DNA of 64,000 nt from Spirochaetia bacterium. GTDB taxonomy: Bacteria > Spirochaetota > Spirochaetia > SZUA-6 > Bin103. Position 1 is the first letter of the stretch; each line of letters opens with the position of its first letter. The DNA lies in contig CBDATQ010000002.1 of the NCBI GenBank assembly GCA_965199955.1, positions 1,536,001 through 1,600,000 on the forward strand, written 5' to 3'. Below the pieces are notes generated by a model that saw only the letters and a program-made list of their open reading frames with translations, did not search any database and was not told where the DNA came from. The translations under genes were made by a program, and so were the position numbers. This document shows, one piece after another, positions 1 to 9,385 of the stretch.

Positions 1-422
1 GCGACCAGCGAGATGAAGTGGGGGAGGAAGGTGATGGTCTGCACCGAGCGCTTCACGGCGCCGTTGCGCACCTCGTTCAGGATCAAGGCCAGCACGATCG
101 GCACCGGGAAGCCGAACAGCAGATCGTAGAAGCTGAGCAGGAAGGTGTTGCGGATCAGCCGGAAGAAGTAGGGGTGTTTGAAGAAGCGGATGAAGTTCTC
201 CAGCCCGACCCACTCGCTGTGGAAGACGCCGACGCGCGAGTTGTAGTCCTGGAAGGCGACCACGACCCCGTACATGGGGACGTAGTGGAAGATGATGAAC
301 CAAGCCAGTCCGCCCAGCATCAGGAACTGCAGGTACTTGGTCTTGCGCAGGCCCCGCAGGGTGGCGGCCGTCCAGGAGAGCCCCCGGTCGTCAGTCAACC
401 GCTCGGCGCCCGCGCGTGCCAT
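1..422 (-). CDS. Carbohydrate ABC transporter permease (LplB/MalF-type), runs off the window edge
   Basis: Manual translation from ATG at 422: ...FIIFHYVPMYGVVVAFQDYN..GVFHSEWVGLENF...NTFLLS...FGFPVPIVLALILNEVR...KRSVQTITFLPHFISLV. Clear paralog of 25283-26191; absent from the ORF track because it has no stop in the window. Confidence 0.9.
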   Translation of the reverse strand, partial: MARAGAERLTDDRGLSWTAATLRGLRKTKYLQFLMLGGLAWFIIFHYVPMYGVVVAFQDYNSRVGVFHSEWVGLENFIRFFKHPYFFRLIRNTFLLSFYDLLFGFPVPIVLALILNEVRNGAVKRSVQTITFLPHFISLV

Positions 423-430
423 CAGCCGCT

Positions 431-462
431 ACCCGTCATCCGCGGCGCCGCGGATGACGGGT
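431..462. repeat. Perfect 32-bp palindrome ACCCGTCATCCGCGGC|GCCGCGGATGACGGGT
   Basis: The two 16-mers are exact reverse complements with no loop; it ends 8 bp upstream of the permease ATG. Confidence 0.9.
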
Positions 463-555
463 CCCCGTTGCCGAGCGCGCTTGCCGCCGGGCTCGATGGT
501 GGTACGACGGCGAACCGTCTATGCAGCCACCCATGAAACGATCATACCGCATCGC

Positions 556-762
556 GCGCTGCGGCGGCGCCAACACGCAGGGCTTGGCCGTGGTCGTCGA
601 CGACGCGGATGCCCCTGCGAGCGGGCGCGTGCTGCCGGCGACGTCATCGCGACGGAGCCGGCGACGAAGGACTACGGAGAGGGCTACTGGGCGGACCGGA
701 GCTACGAGGCGGAGGACCTCGAGGGCCACCACTGGTGGTTCATGCAGCGCCTGCGGGGGTAG
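556..762 (+). pseudogene. VOC/glyoxalase (PhnB-like) C-terminal remnant, frameshifted
   Basis: GGANTQGLAVVVDDADA, 1-nt frameshift near 614, then [46 protein letters not shown]-terminal half absent. Confidence 0.75.
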
Positions 763-1480
763 ATGTCGCCTCCGGTACTGGCATTTGATCCCAGGTTCGT
801 CCGTCGAGTGTCCGGCCAGTCCTCTTCTTGAATACACCACCCCATTGCTTGAAGAAGAACGGCACATGGCTCGATACGCAATTGTCACGGATGTCGCGTA
901 CCCAGTCAGTTTCCATGGGTCGGGCTCCCGGTCCCGACTCACCGCCGACGATCACCCAGTCGATCCCCTCGAGAGGAAGATCCTGCAGCGGTCCCAGCAG
1001 GGGTTCGAGTGACAGGAATTTCGTCTGGGCGCCGGTCTCCCTGAGTGGTGCCAGCCGTCCGAGCCACTGTTCCGACTCGATGCTCGTACCAAGCCAGATG
1101 TTTGGCGTCCAGTCCAGGCGCCGGTTCAACTGGACGACGCGTCCCGGTCGCTTGGTGAGGACCTGAAAGGTATGCCGGGATGCTCGGTTCATGACTTGAA
1201 AGACGGCTTCGATGAACGTGGACGGCACCCCCTTGTGAAACAGATCGGACATGGAGTTGACGAAGACGAGGCGCGGCCGGCGCCATTTCAGCGGGTCTTC
1301 AAGAGTAGACTCGTGCACGGCGACCGAAAACCCGTCCCGGTACTTCTCCACTCCCATCGCCTGCAGTCTCCTGGACAGGCGTTCCGCATAGCAGAACTTG
1401 CACCCCGGGCTGATCTTTGTGCATCCCGTGACCGGGTTCCAGGTGACCTCCGTCCACTCGATTGCGGAGCGAGTGGACAT
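740..1480 (-). CDS. DUF5131 / phage Gp37-Gp68 family protein (CX6CX2C, radical-SAM-like)
   Basis: [71 protein letters not shown] motifs. Confidence 0.92.
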   Translation of the reverse strand: MSTRSAIEWTEVTWNPVTGCTKISPGCKFCYAERLSRRLQAMGVEKYRDGFSVAVHESTLEDPLKWRRPRLVFVNSMSDLFHKGVPSTFIEAVFQVMNRASRHTFQVLTKRPGRVVQLNRRLDWTPNIWLGTSIESEQWLGRLAPLRETGAQTKFLSLEPLLGPLQDLPLEGIDWVIVGGESGPGARPMETDWVRDIRDNCVSSHVPFFFKQWGGVFKKRTGRTLDGRTWDQMPVPEATSTPAGAA

Positions 1481-1482
1481 CG

Positions 1483-2343
1483 CTACAGGTTCTCCAGGAT
1501 ATGGCGCGCGATGCGCTGGGCGGTGCCGACAGCCTTGGGACTGCGACTGCCAACGCAGAACAGGAACTCAAACAGCGGAGCATTCCTGGAATTCCTCAGA
1601 GTACGAGATTGAAAGAGGAACCTATTGCCGAATGCGTGGGCAAGTTTGTTCTTGTAGATATCGAGTAGGCCAGTGACGCCGGGCGTCCTCTCGTGATGGA
1701 CATCGCCGAACAGAGACCCCTGTGGGCTTTCACGGTACAGTTCACGCCAGCTCTCGTCGCCGAACACGGTAGTCAACCTGTCGATCCATGCGGACGAGAT
1801 GTCATCCGGTCGCTTCGACTTTGGGAGCATCCGTACGATTGCGGATGTAGGAAACAGAATCCAAGTGTCTAAGGCATTGAATCCGGCTATCTTCTCGACA
1901 GTTGACCATGCGACCTGCGTAGCGAAGGGATCCAGAAACAGAACGCCGCGCCACTGACGCCAGTCTTGACGGAGGCTTCTCAGATAGACGTTAGCATCCG
2001 CATTCTCAATTCGAATGTCTCTGCCGTGCTGGTCTTCTTTGAGAGTCTCCAGTTCCACGCATCGAACCGGGTCGTTCTCAACGAAGACCAGCTTGTCGAA
2101 TTGCCTGTCGTGTATGTGTGCGGCTCTGGCCGCCGAACCTCGCATAAACTCGGTAGCATCAGAGTCGCCTTGTATCAGCTGTACGTAACCAGTCCCGGCG
2201 AAGGCGTCGATGTACATCAGCTTAAATGATGTGTACTTCAATGCGGTAGTATAGCGGTCCAGATACGTCTCCAGGATGTCCAGCTTCTCAAGAGTCCAAG
2301 AGCCACCGTATCCGGTCTTGGGTTCGGCAAGTTGATTCAGCAA
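1483..2343 (-). CDS. tcmP: Three-Cys-motif partner protein (TcmP, methyltransferase-like fold)
   Basis: [26 protein letters not shown] motifs; directly upstream of DUF5131; probable TTG start at 2343 after GGAG; visibly lower GC than the flanks. Confidence 0.85.
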   Translation of the reverse strand: MLNQLAEPKTGYGGSWTLEKLDILETYLDRYTTALKYTSFKLMYIDAFAGTGYVQLIQGDSDATEFMRGSAARAAHIHDRQFDKLVFVENDPVRCVELETLKEDQHGRDIRIENADANVYLRSLRQDWRQWRGVLFLDPFATQVAWSTVEKIAGFNALDTWILFPTSAIVRMLPKSKRPDDISSAWIDRLTTVFGDESWRELYRESPQGSLFGDVHHERTPGVTGLLDIYKNKLAHAFGNRFLFQSRTLRNSRNAPLFEFLFCVGSRSPKAVGTAQRIARHILENL

Positions 2344-2455
2344 GTTAGCTCCGGTTCTTCGAGTTTGATCTATTCGTCGACAATAAAACTCGCTTGTCTG
2401 CTGTTCGCATAGGCGGGATCTGTTGAATGTTGACGTCAATCGAGCAGCAGGCCGA

Positions 2456-3710
2456 TCATGCGGGATCGGCCGCGCGGCGCGGGTCGGTGCGGCACGGAGT
2501 GGGGCAGCCGGCGCTCAGCAGCACGACGCTGACCCGATCCTCGGCCACTGCTCGCAAGATCGCATCTCGGGTGGCACCGGTGTCGAACGGATCGGGCTCG
2601 TGAAGCTGACCGACGCCGCACGCACGCACCAGCGCGGCCAGGGAGACCCGCGGGGCCTCTGCATCGGGGGGGCCTGGCGGGGTTGGGCTGTCCGCCCTCC
2701 TCGGTCTCCGCCGTCCTGCGGTTGTCGAAGATGACGAAGGTGAGCCGGGCGCGGTTGTCCACGGCGTTCATCAGCGACTGCACGCCGGGGTGGCAGAACG
2801 AGGAGTCGCCCATCACCGCCAGCAGCTCCCGATGGTCGGTGCCGGCGTGGTACATGCCGCTCACCACGGACGGTGAGATGCCCAGGCAGCAGGAGGAGAA
2901 CAGGGTCTCGAACGGCGGTGCGCAACCCCAGGAGACCACGCCCACGCCGCCGATGCAGAGCGGGTCCTGCATACGGTCCAGCGCCGCGCGCAGCCCGCGG
3001 TGGCCGGCGGCAATCGGGCAGCCGTCCACCCAGCGCGAGCGCAGCTTCGGAGCCAGGTGCTCGTCCCTGCGCTCTGCGAAAGGGCGGGGCGGGACTGTCT
3101 CGCCGGCCATACGCCGCAGTGCGATCGCCACGTCCCTTTCGTCGAGCGCTCCTTGTGCGGGCAGATCCCCGGTCAGCTTTCCGCGCGCGGCGATACCGAA
3201 GCGGGCCAAGCGCTCCTCCACGTACGGAGCGATCTCCTCGACCACCAGCACGCGCTCGACGGCGGCCGAGAAGGAGGCGATGGCGCGTTCCGGCAGCGGA
3301 TGGAGCGCCCGCAGGCAGAGGATGCGCGCGGCCGTGCCGGTGAATCGGAGCGCGGCGCGTACGTCCGCGAGGCTAGGGCCCGCAGGTGACGATGCCGAGC
3401 TCGGCGGTCGAATCGCCTTCCACGCTGTCGAGCTCCGCGCTCTCCAGCTCGGCCGAGGCGCGGGCGAACCGGCGCTGCCGGTTGCGGTTGCTATCCAAGA
3501 TGAAGCGGCCCAGGGCGGTCCGCGCCGGGGTCGCCTCGTAGCGGAACGACCGCTGGCTGTTGTCCTGGGGCGGGCTCGGGTGGGAAGGGATCGACTCTGA
3601 CATCCGCAGGAACGCACTGGAGACCCGCAGCAGCACCGGGGCGCCGGTGCGCTCGGACAGCTCGAACGCGTAGCGGGTGATCTGCACCGCGTCCGCCGGC
3701 TTCGAGCGCT
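2456..3710 (-). pseudogene. Indolepyruvate:ferredoxin oxidoreductase alpha subunit-like (IorA) remnant
   Basis: YAFELSE..PVLLR, VLVVEE..PYVE, GKLTG, TPP motif GDSSF..G..N..FDN; +1 frameshifts near 3375 and in the G7 run at 2666-2672; N-terminus missing. Confidence 0.75.
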
Positions 3711-3869
3711 CCCGTGCGCCACCGCTCGAATGCCTGACGTCATGACTTCTTGTGCCATAGGTACGGCGTTGCTCCGGGACTGTCCCCAAATCCGGCCCGA
3801 TGTCAACGTGGCCGTCGCCGGCTGCAGTCGTTGACGCCGGGAGGTGCGTCGTGAACCCTGCAAGGGCAG

Positions 3870-5426
3870 ATGGACCTCACCCGCACCATGGAGCTCGCCG
3901 GGCGCAACCTGCTCAAGTGCTTGAGTCCGGCGATGAACTTCCACCCGTATTGGGCGATGCGCATGGACGTCGACTACCGCGCGGAGATGGTGTTCTTCGG
4001 GAACATCCACAACCTGGGGCGCTGGTGGGACGCCATGCTGCGGTTGGAAGCAGCGACCGGATTCGAGATCCCCGCGCACCTGGAGGCGGCCATGCTGGCC
4101 AACCTCCAGGAGTCATTCGACAACCCCGACCACCTGTGCCTGCCGGCGTTCGACCATCCGTGGCTGAAGCCGGAGCTCGACTTCCACTCGCTGCGCGAGA
4201 GCCTGCTGGCGCTGAACGCCCTGGTGCGGTATCGCGGCAGCACGTGGGCGCGCAGGCAGGCTCGCCTGATGCTGGAGACCCTGGCCCGCATCACGCGCGA
4301 CGCCGCCACCTGGGACGTGGCGGCGCTCGAATACCACCGCCGCCTCGCGCAGCCGGAGCTGACCGTGGAGCCGGACGTGAGCAACCACGGCCGGCTGATC
4401 GAGGCGCTGGTCTGGTTCTACCAGGCGACAGGCGAGCCGCTCGCCTACGAGCTCGCCGGGCGCTACGCCGGCTTCCACGTTGCGCACACCGTGAGCGCCG
4501 ACGGGCGTTTCCCGGAGTCTTCGACGGCTACGCACACGCATTCCTATCTCGGCACGCTGCGCGGGCTGTGGCTGTGGGGAATGCTTACCGGCCAGCGCGA
4601 GTATCTTCAGCGGGTGGTCGACACGTACCGCGTGACGGTCCCGAGGGCCGTGCTGGAGTCCGGGTTCGCCTGCCACGACCTGTGGAAGGACGATCCCAAC
4701 CGTGGCGAGGTCGGATCGACCTCGGACGCCACCCAGCTCGCCCTCTGGATCGCCCGCGACGGTGGCGCCACTGAGCTTCTGGACGACGTGGAGCGGCTGG
4801 TGCGGGCGCGGCTGGTGCGGGCTCAGATCACGGGGAGCCCGCCGATCCGGGCTGCCGACGAGGACCGGGCAGCTCAGGGCGCTGACGAGTTCGCCCGCCT
4901 CGACGAACGCATCATCGGCGCTATCGGCGGCATGCAGCTTGAGCCGCACGCCGGCAAGAAGCACACCACGGACGTGACCGCGGCCGCGCTCCACTGCCTG
5001 ACCGATGTCCATAGTCACATCGTCGAGCACGCCCGCGCGGACGTCACGGTGCGGCTGCACTTCGACTGGGAAGACGACCGCGTGCAGGTGCGCTCGGGGC
5101 GCTCCGACCCGGCGGAGCGGGACGTGGCGTGCGTGACGGTGCGACCTCGGGTAGCGACAAACGTGCGCATCCGGGTGCCCCGATGGGCGCCGCGCGATTC
5201 ACTCCGCCTGACCGTAGGCGGGGAGCCTGCGACGCTACGCCGGGTGGGCGACTTCGCGTTCGTGCCGAGCTGCGGGCCGGCTCCCGTGGAGCTCCGCTAC
5301 GCACTGCCGCGCCGCACCAGCCGCGAGCGGGTCGGCGAGGTGGAGGTGGAGTATCACTGGCGCGGCGACGAGATCGTCGGCGTCACCCCTCAGAGCGACT
5401 TCTATCCGATGTATCCGGCGGCGTGA
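3870..5426 (+). CDS. Glycoside hydrolase GH127/GH146-like protein
   Basis: 518 aa with high-GC codon usage; helical region with GRLIEALVWFYQATG and HTHSYLGT, C-terminal RIRVPRWA beta domain typical of GH127-like proteins. Confidence 0.55.
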   Translation: MDLTRTMELAGRNLLKCLSPAMNFHPYWAMRMDVDYRAEMVFFGNIHNLGRWWDAMLRLEAATGFEIPAHLEAAMLANLQESFDNPDHLCLPAFDHPWLKPELDFHSLRESLLALNALVRYRGSTWARRQARLMLETLARITRDAATWDVAALEYHRRLAQPELTVEPDVSNHGRLIEALVWFYQATGEPLAYELAGRYAGFHVAHTVSADGRFPESSTATHTHSYLGTLRGLWLWGMLTGQREYLQRVVDTYRVTVPRAVLESGFACHDLWKDDPNRGEVGSTSDATQLALWIARDGGATELLDDVERLVRARLVRAQITGSPPIRAADEDRAAQGADEFARLDERIIGAIGGMQLEPHAGKKHTTDVTAAALHCLTDVHSHIVEHARADVTVRLHFDWEDDRVQVRSGRSDPAERDVACVTVRPRVATNVRIRVPRWAPRDSLRLTVGGEPATLRRVGDFAFVPSCGPAPVELRYALPRRTSRERVGEVEVEYHWRGDEIVGVTPQSDFYPMYPAA

Positions 5427-5433
5427 GCGGGGC

Positions 5434-5763
5434 TCAGCCCTCCAGTGCTAGGGCCACTCGCAGGCCTTCGTTCAGTTCTTCGATTTTCACACCCGAGAGC
5501 GAGCCCACGTAGTCGGTGAGCATGGTCTTCGGAAGGCTGACGAGTTCGTCGCAATAGACCGAGCTCTCGTGCTTCAGCCCCTCGTTGATCCCGACCGGGA
5601 TCTGGGTAGCGATTCCGGCCCCGGTCGTGAAGATCGGGGCGCAGATCACGGTTGCGAACCTCGACTGAATGGCAACGTGGCGGCTGACGACGACAAATGG
5701 CCGTCGTCGTTTGGGATCGCGGCGGTTGGGATGCCTGACCAGATAGATGTCCCCGCGATTCAC
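5434..5763 (-). CDS. Type II TA toxin, PemK/MazF family
   Basis: MNRGDIYLV...[10 protein letters not shown]...VICAPI...[16 protein letters not shown]. Confidence 0.92.
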   Translation of the reverse strand: MNRGDIYLVRHPNRRDPKRRRPFVVVSRHVAIQSRFATVICAPIFTTGAGIATQIPVGINEGLKHESSVYCDELVSLPKTMLTDYVGSLSGVKIEELNEGLRVALALEG

Positions 5764-5987
5764 TGGCTGTCCTGATACTCCAGCACGTCATGCGCCTCTC
5801 GGTTCAGCTCGTCCGCATGAGCAGCGATCGCGGCCAGTTCCTGTCGATCGCGTGCGGCGCGTCGACGTGCTCGCAGCAGGTTCCACGACGCCTCCTCGAT
5901 GAACGCGGAGCGGTTTCTCCGGTCCACTTCGTCGGTGATCGCCTGCAGAAGCTCTTCCGAGAGTGTTACGGATGTCTTGACCTTCAC
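5760..5987 (-). CDS. RHH-type antitoxin (MazE-like partner)
   Basis: [15 protein letters not shown]....NRSAFIEEA; 4-bp overlap with the toxin gene. Confidence 0.85.
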   Translation of the reverse strand: MKVKTSVTLSEELLQAITDEVDRRNRSAFIEEASWNLLRARRRAARDRQELAAIAAHADELNREAHDVLEYQDSQ

Positions 5988-5993
5988 ACTACC

Positions 5994-5999
5994 ATTATA
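5994..5999 (-). promoter_or_regulatory. Consensus -10 box TATAAT, 6 nt upstream of the antitoxin GTG (probable leaderless promoter)
   Basis: Minus strand reads GTATAATGGTAGTGTG, with no Shine-Dalgarno sequence. Confidence 0.65.
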
Positions 6000-6109
6000 C
6001 CGTCAGAGGCCGTCTCGACCAGGCGCCCGCACGGCGGGGAACTGGGGGAGCGAGTCCTGCCACCTTCCAGGGCACGAGGTTCGGTCGGTCCGGTATGCTC
6101 GGGGGCGTC

Positions 6110-7330
6110 ATGAAGCGTCCCGCGCTGGTCATCCTGCTCGGCGCCCTCACCGTGGCCATCGCGATGGGGGCCCGGCAGTCGTTCGGGCTGTTCCTGCAGC
6201 CGATCACGGCCACCCTGTCCACGGGGCGCGAGACGTTCAGCCTGTCGATGGCGGTGCAGAACATCATGTTCGGGCTGCCGCTGGCCGGCATGATCGCCGA
6301 CCGGATCGGTCCGCGGTGGGTGATCGTGGTCGGCGCCGCCCTGTACGCGGTGGGGTTCGCGCTGCTGTCGCTAGCGGCCTCGACCGCCACGCTGTACCTG
6401 GGGCTGGGGGTGTTGGTCGGCCTGGCGCTGAGCGCGACCTCGTACGTGGTGATCCTCGGCGCCGTGGCGCAGGTAGTTCCCGAAAAGAGGCGGGGAACGG
6501 CGTTCGGCGTCATCACCGCCGCCGGATCGTTCGGGACCTTCGCCGTGGTGCCGGGCATGCAGTGGTTGATCGGCGCCGTGCAGTGGCAGACGACCCTGCT
6601 GTACGCCGCGCTGGCGGTCGGGGCGATCGCCGTGCTCGCCATTGGCTTGCCGGTCCGGTCGGCGGCCTCGGCCGGCAGGAACGCGCCGTCCGATGGCGCG
6701 GAAGAGATGCCGCTCGGCGCCGTGATTCGCCGGGCGCGCACCCACTCCGGCTACCTGTTGCTGAACGCCGGCTTCTTCGTGTGCGGCTTCCACGTCGCCT
6801 TCATCGCCACCCATCTGCCGTCATTCCTCTTCGACCACGGCGTGGCGCAAATGATCGGTGCCACCGCGCTGTCCCTGGTCGGGCTGTTCAACATGCTCGG
6901 CTCGTTCCTGTTCGGGCGATTGGGAGACCGCTTCCGCAAGAAGCGGCTGCTGAGCCTGCTGTACTTCTCGCGGGCCGTGGCGATCACGTGCTTCCTGATC
7001 GTCCCGGTCACCGGCGCGACGGCGCTGGTGTTCGCGGCCGTCATCGGCTTCCTGTGGCTGGCGACCGTGCCGCTGACCAGCGGCACCGTGGCGCAGATTT
7101 TCGGCACGCGCCACCTGTCGTCCCTGTACGGGATCGTATTCCTGTCGCACCAGGTCGGCAGCTTCCTTGGCGTGTGGCTCGGCGGCCGTATCTACGACGC
7201 GACCGGCTCCTACGACCCGGTGTGGATCGTCGCGATCGTGCTGGGCGTCGCCGCGGCGATCGTGCACCTGCCGATCAAGGACCAGGCGCTTGCGAAGGCC
7301 GGCAGGCTGCAGGAGGCGCCTTCGACGTGA
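6110..7330 (+). CDS. MFS transporter
   Basis: About 12 hydrophobic segments, motif A GMIADRIGPR and GRLGDRFRKK, GFFVCGFHV. Confidence 0.92.
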   Translation: MKRPALVILLGALTVAIAMGARQSFGLFLQPITATLSTGRETFSLSMAVQNIMFGLPLAGMIADRIGPRWVIVVGAALYAVGFALLSLAASTATLYLGLGVLVGLALSATSYVVILGAVAQVVPEKRRGTAFGVITAAGSFGTFAVVPGMQWLIGAVQWQTTLLYAALAVGAIAVLAIGLPVRSAASAGRNAPSDGAEEMPLGAVIRRARTHSGYLLLNAGFFVCGFHVAFIATHLPSFLFDHGVAQMIGATALSLVGLFNMLGSFLFGRLGDRFRKKRLLSLLYFSRAVAITCFLIVPVTGATALVFAAVIGFLWLATVPLTSGTVAQIFGTRHLSSLYGIVFLSHQVGSFLGVWLGGRIYDATGSYDPVWIVAIVLGVAAAIVHLPIKDQALAKAGRLQEAPST

Positions 7331-7370
7331 TCAGGGTTCCCGCGTACGGTACCCTGACACAGAGTCGACG

Positions 7371-7868
7371 ATGGCTGAGACAGTGCAATCTCGGGTCACT
7401 TGGCCGCTGATCTTCACGTACCGAGGCAACGTGTTTGGCCAGGGCTACATCGCTTCGTTCACTGCGGTGAGTCGCGTTCTCGCGATTCAGGAGGAAGATG
7501 GGATCTGGCTTAGCGGGGTCCAACCGGGAGGGATCGCGGCTGGGGGGCAGGATCTGCCGGAAGCGCGCGCAGCGTTTCGAAGGGCTTTCGTCGGTGTGCT
7601 GGCAGACATCGCGTCGTCCGTCGGCGACTTAACCGCGTTCCGGACGGAAGTCGCCCAGTTCCTGCAGGAGCGCGACGACGGAGCGTTCGAGGACTGGACT
7701 GCCGCCGTGGATGCCAACCGCAGACAGCCGCTGGATTGGGCGCAGATGAAGCAGTTGCCGATCATGCCGGCCGGCATGACGCCGTCGATGACCGTGGCCT
7801 TGCGTTCAGAACTGACGCCCGCCGACAACCTGATCGATGAGGGGCCTGAGCTTGCCACGGCTTCCTGA
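7371..7868 (+). CDS. Hypothetical protein, HicB-like antitoxin candidate
   Basis: Central EEDGIWLSGVQPGGIAAGGQDLPEARAAF resembles the HicB beta-beta-beta-alpha core. Confidence 0.5.
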   Translation: MAETVQSRVTWPLIFTYRGNVFGQGYIASFTAVSRVLAIQEEDGIWLSGVQPGGIAAGGQDLPEARAAFRRAFVGVLADIASSVGDLTAFRTEVAQFLQERDDGAFEDWTAAVDANRRQPLDWAQMKQLPIMPAGMTPSMTVALRSELTPADNLIDEGPELATAS

Positions 7869-7873
7869 GTCGG

Positions 7874-8110
7874 ATGCTCAGAGAGATAGCACTACGTATC
7901 GTATGGTCCTTACTTGCGGAGTGCGCCCCGGGCCATGCAGTCGAAGAGAAGCTGCATCACTATTGGGTTCGCTACCAGGGAAAGACGTATCGAGCGCTGC
8001 CGATCGGTAGACGCGGAGCGCGCCGCCCGGTGGTCCAGGCGTTCCACGTCCGCAAGATGGTCACTCACCTCGGTATCGATCGGGATTGCGCGGATCGGTA
8101 TCTGTCGTGA
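7874..8110 (+). CDS. Small basic protein, HicA-like toxin candidate
   Basis: 78 aa, predicted alpha-beta-beta-beta-alpha pattern, KLHHYWVRY..YRALPIG...HVRKMVTHLGI; 5 bp after the HicB-like gene. Confidence 0.5.
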   Translation: MLREIALRIVWSLLAECAPGHAVEEKLHHYWVRYQGKTYRALPIGRRGARRPVVQAFHVRKMVTHLGIDRDCADRYLS

Positions 8111-8167
8111 GCGTTTGAAGACAGGTTGTCGTTGCAGGTAGCCGTATCAGATTGTCGCCCGGAGCGA

Positions 8168-9346
8168 TCAGCTCCGCAGGCGCGGACGTTCGACGGCCTG
8201 GATCTGCGATGAGGCGGCGACGATGCGGCCGTCCAGGTAGCGATCGACGGTGAGCTGATCGATCGCGAGGCGCGGCGCGCGTCCCAGGGCGAGGTCGGTG
8301 ACCACCAGCGCGGTCGCCGGCATCTGCATCATGCCGGAGCTGTAGTGGCCGGTCGCCCAGAGATAGCCGCCGGCGGCGCGCGGGTCGGGGCCGACGGTGG
8401 GGAGCGAGTCGATCGTGCCGGGCCGCAGGCCGCTCCAGATGTCGAGGATCCGCTGCGAGGCGAGGACGGGCAGCACCGAGGTGACGATGGCGGACAGCGA
8501 CGCCAGGCCGTCCGGGGTCACGCGCTTGGCGAAGCCCCATGCCTCGTGGGTGGCGCCGACCACGATCCGTCCGTCGGGTCGCGGGGTCGCGTAGCCGTAG
8601 CCGCTTGCGCGCGACAGGTTGTGACGCAGCCCGGCCGGCGGCGCGGCGACGGCCATGATCTGGCCGTGCACGGGGAACACCGGATGGGGCAGGCGTCCGT
8701 CGACGCGTCCGGCCCACGCGCCGGCGGCGTTCACGACCACCTCGGCGTGCAGCGAACCGGAGTCGGTCCGCACGCCGGCCACCCGGTCGCCGTTCCACTC
8801 CAGCCCGGTGACTGGCCGGCCCGGGAACACCTCCGCGCCCAGCACCTGCGCCGCAGCCGCGGCGGCGGCCGTGTAGGCGCGCGCGTCCAGATGCCGGCCT
8901 TCTGGATTGAGCGCCGCCCCGATCACGTCCTCGGGGAGGGTCGGCTCGCGCCTGCGAGCCTCCGCACCGTCGAGGAGCCGAGCCTCGACGCCGGCCGCGC
9001 GGTACAGGTCCGCGTTCTCCCGCAGCGCCGGCAGCTCCTGCTCCGTCCGCGCCAGGAGCAGGCTGCCGGCGCCGCCGTAGCCGATGTGCCGGCCGGTGAG
9101 CTCGCGCAGCTCGCCGTCGAGCTGCTCGTACCGCTTCGCCGACAGCCGGGTGGCCTGTGCGAACCAGGGATCGCGTTCCGGGCTCGCCCCGGGTCCGATG
9201 ATGCCGGCCGAGGCCCAGGACGCCTCGCGCCCCACCTCGCCGGAATCCAGCAGCGCCACCCGCGCACCCTCGCGTGCCAGCTCGTAGGCGGTCGTGCAGC
9301 CGCACGCCCCGGTGCCGATCACCACCACGTCGAATCGTTCACTCAC
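8168..9346 (-). CDS. FAD-dependent oxidoreductase, glycine oxidase (ThiO)/DAO family
   Basis: DVVVIGTGACG, ASWASAG, VNAAGAW, PVHGQ, WSGLRP, ATGHY..G. Confidence 0.88.
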   Translation of the reverse strand: MSERFDVVVIGTGACGCTTAYELAREGARVALLDSGEVGREASWASAGIIGPGASPERDPWFAQATRLSAKRYEQLDGELRELTGRHIGYGGAGSLLLARTEQELPALRENADLYRAAGVEARLLDGAEARRREPTLPEDVIGAALNPEGRHLDARAYTAAAAAAAQVLGAEVFPGRPVTGLEWNGDRVAGVRTDSGSLHAEVVVNAAGAWAGRVDGRLPHPVFPVHGQIMAVAAPPAGLRHNLSRASGYGYATPRPDGRIVVGATHEAWGFAKRVTPDGLASLSAIVTSVLPVLASQRILDIWSGLRPGTIDSLPTVGPDPRAAGGYLWATGHYSSGMMQMPATALVVTDLALGRAPRLAIDQLTVDRYLDGRIVAASSQIQAVERPRLRS

Positions 9347-9385
9347 GATCGTGGTACATTACTTGCCGCTTCGATGGGGGGCCAG

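Noticed and set aside
2360..2392. Imperfect inverted repeat CGAGTTT...GTCGAC...AAACTCG upstream of tcmP
   Set aside because: Short and imperfect; could be an operator but is not distinguishable from chance
3776..3791. GGGACTGTCCCCAAAT, resembling REP-like motifs seen near RAYT transposases
   Set aside because: Single copy in the window and no associated transposase
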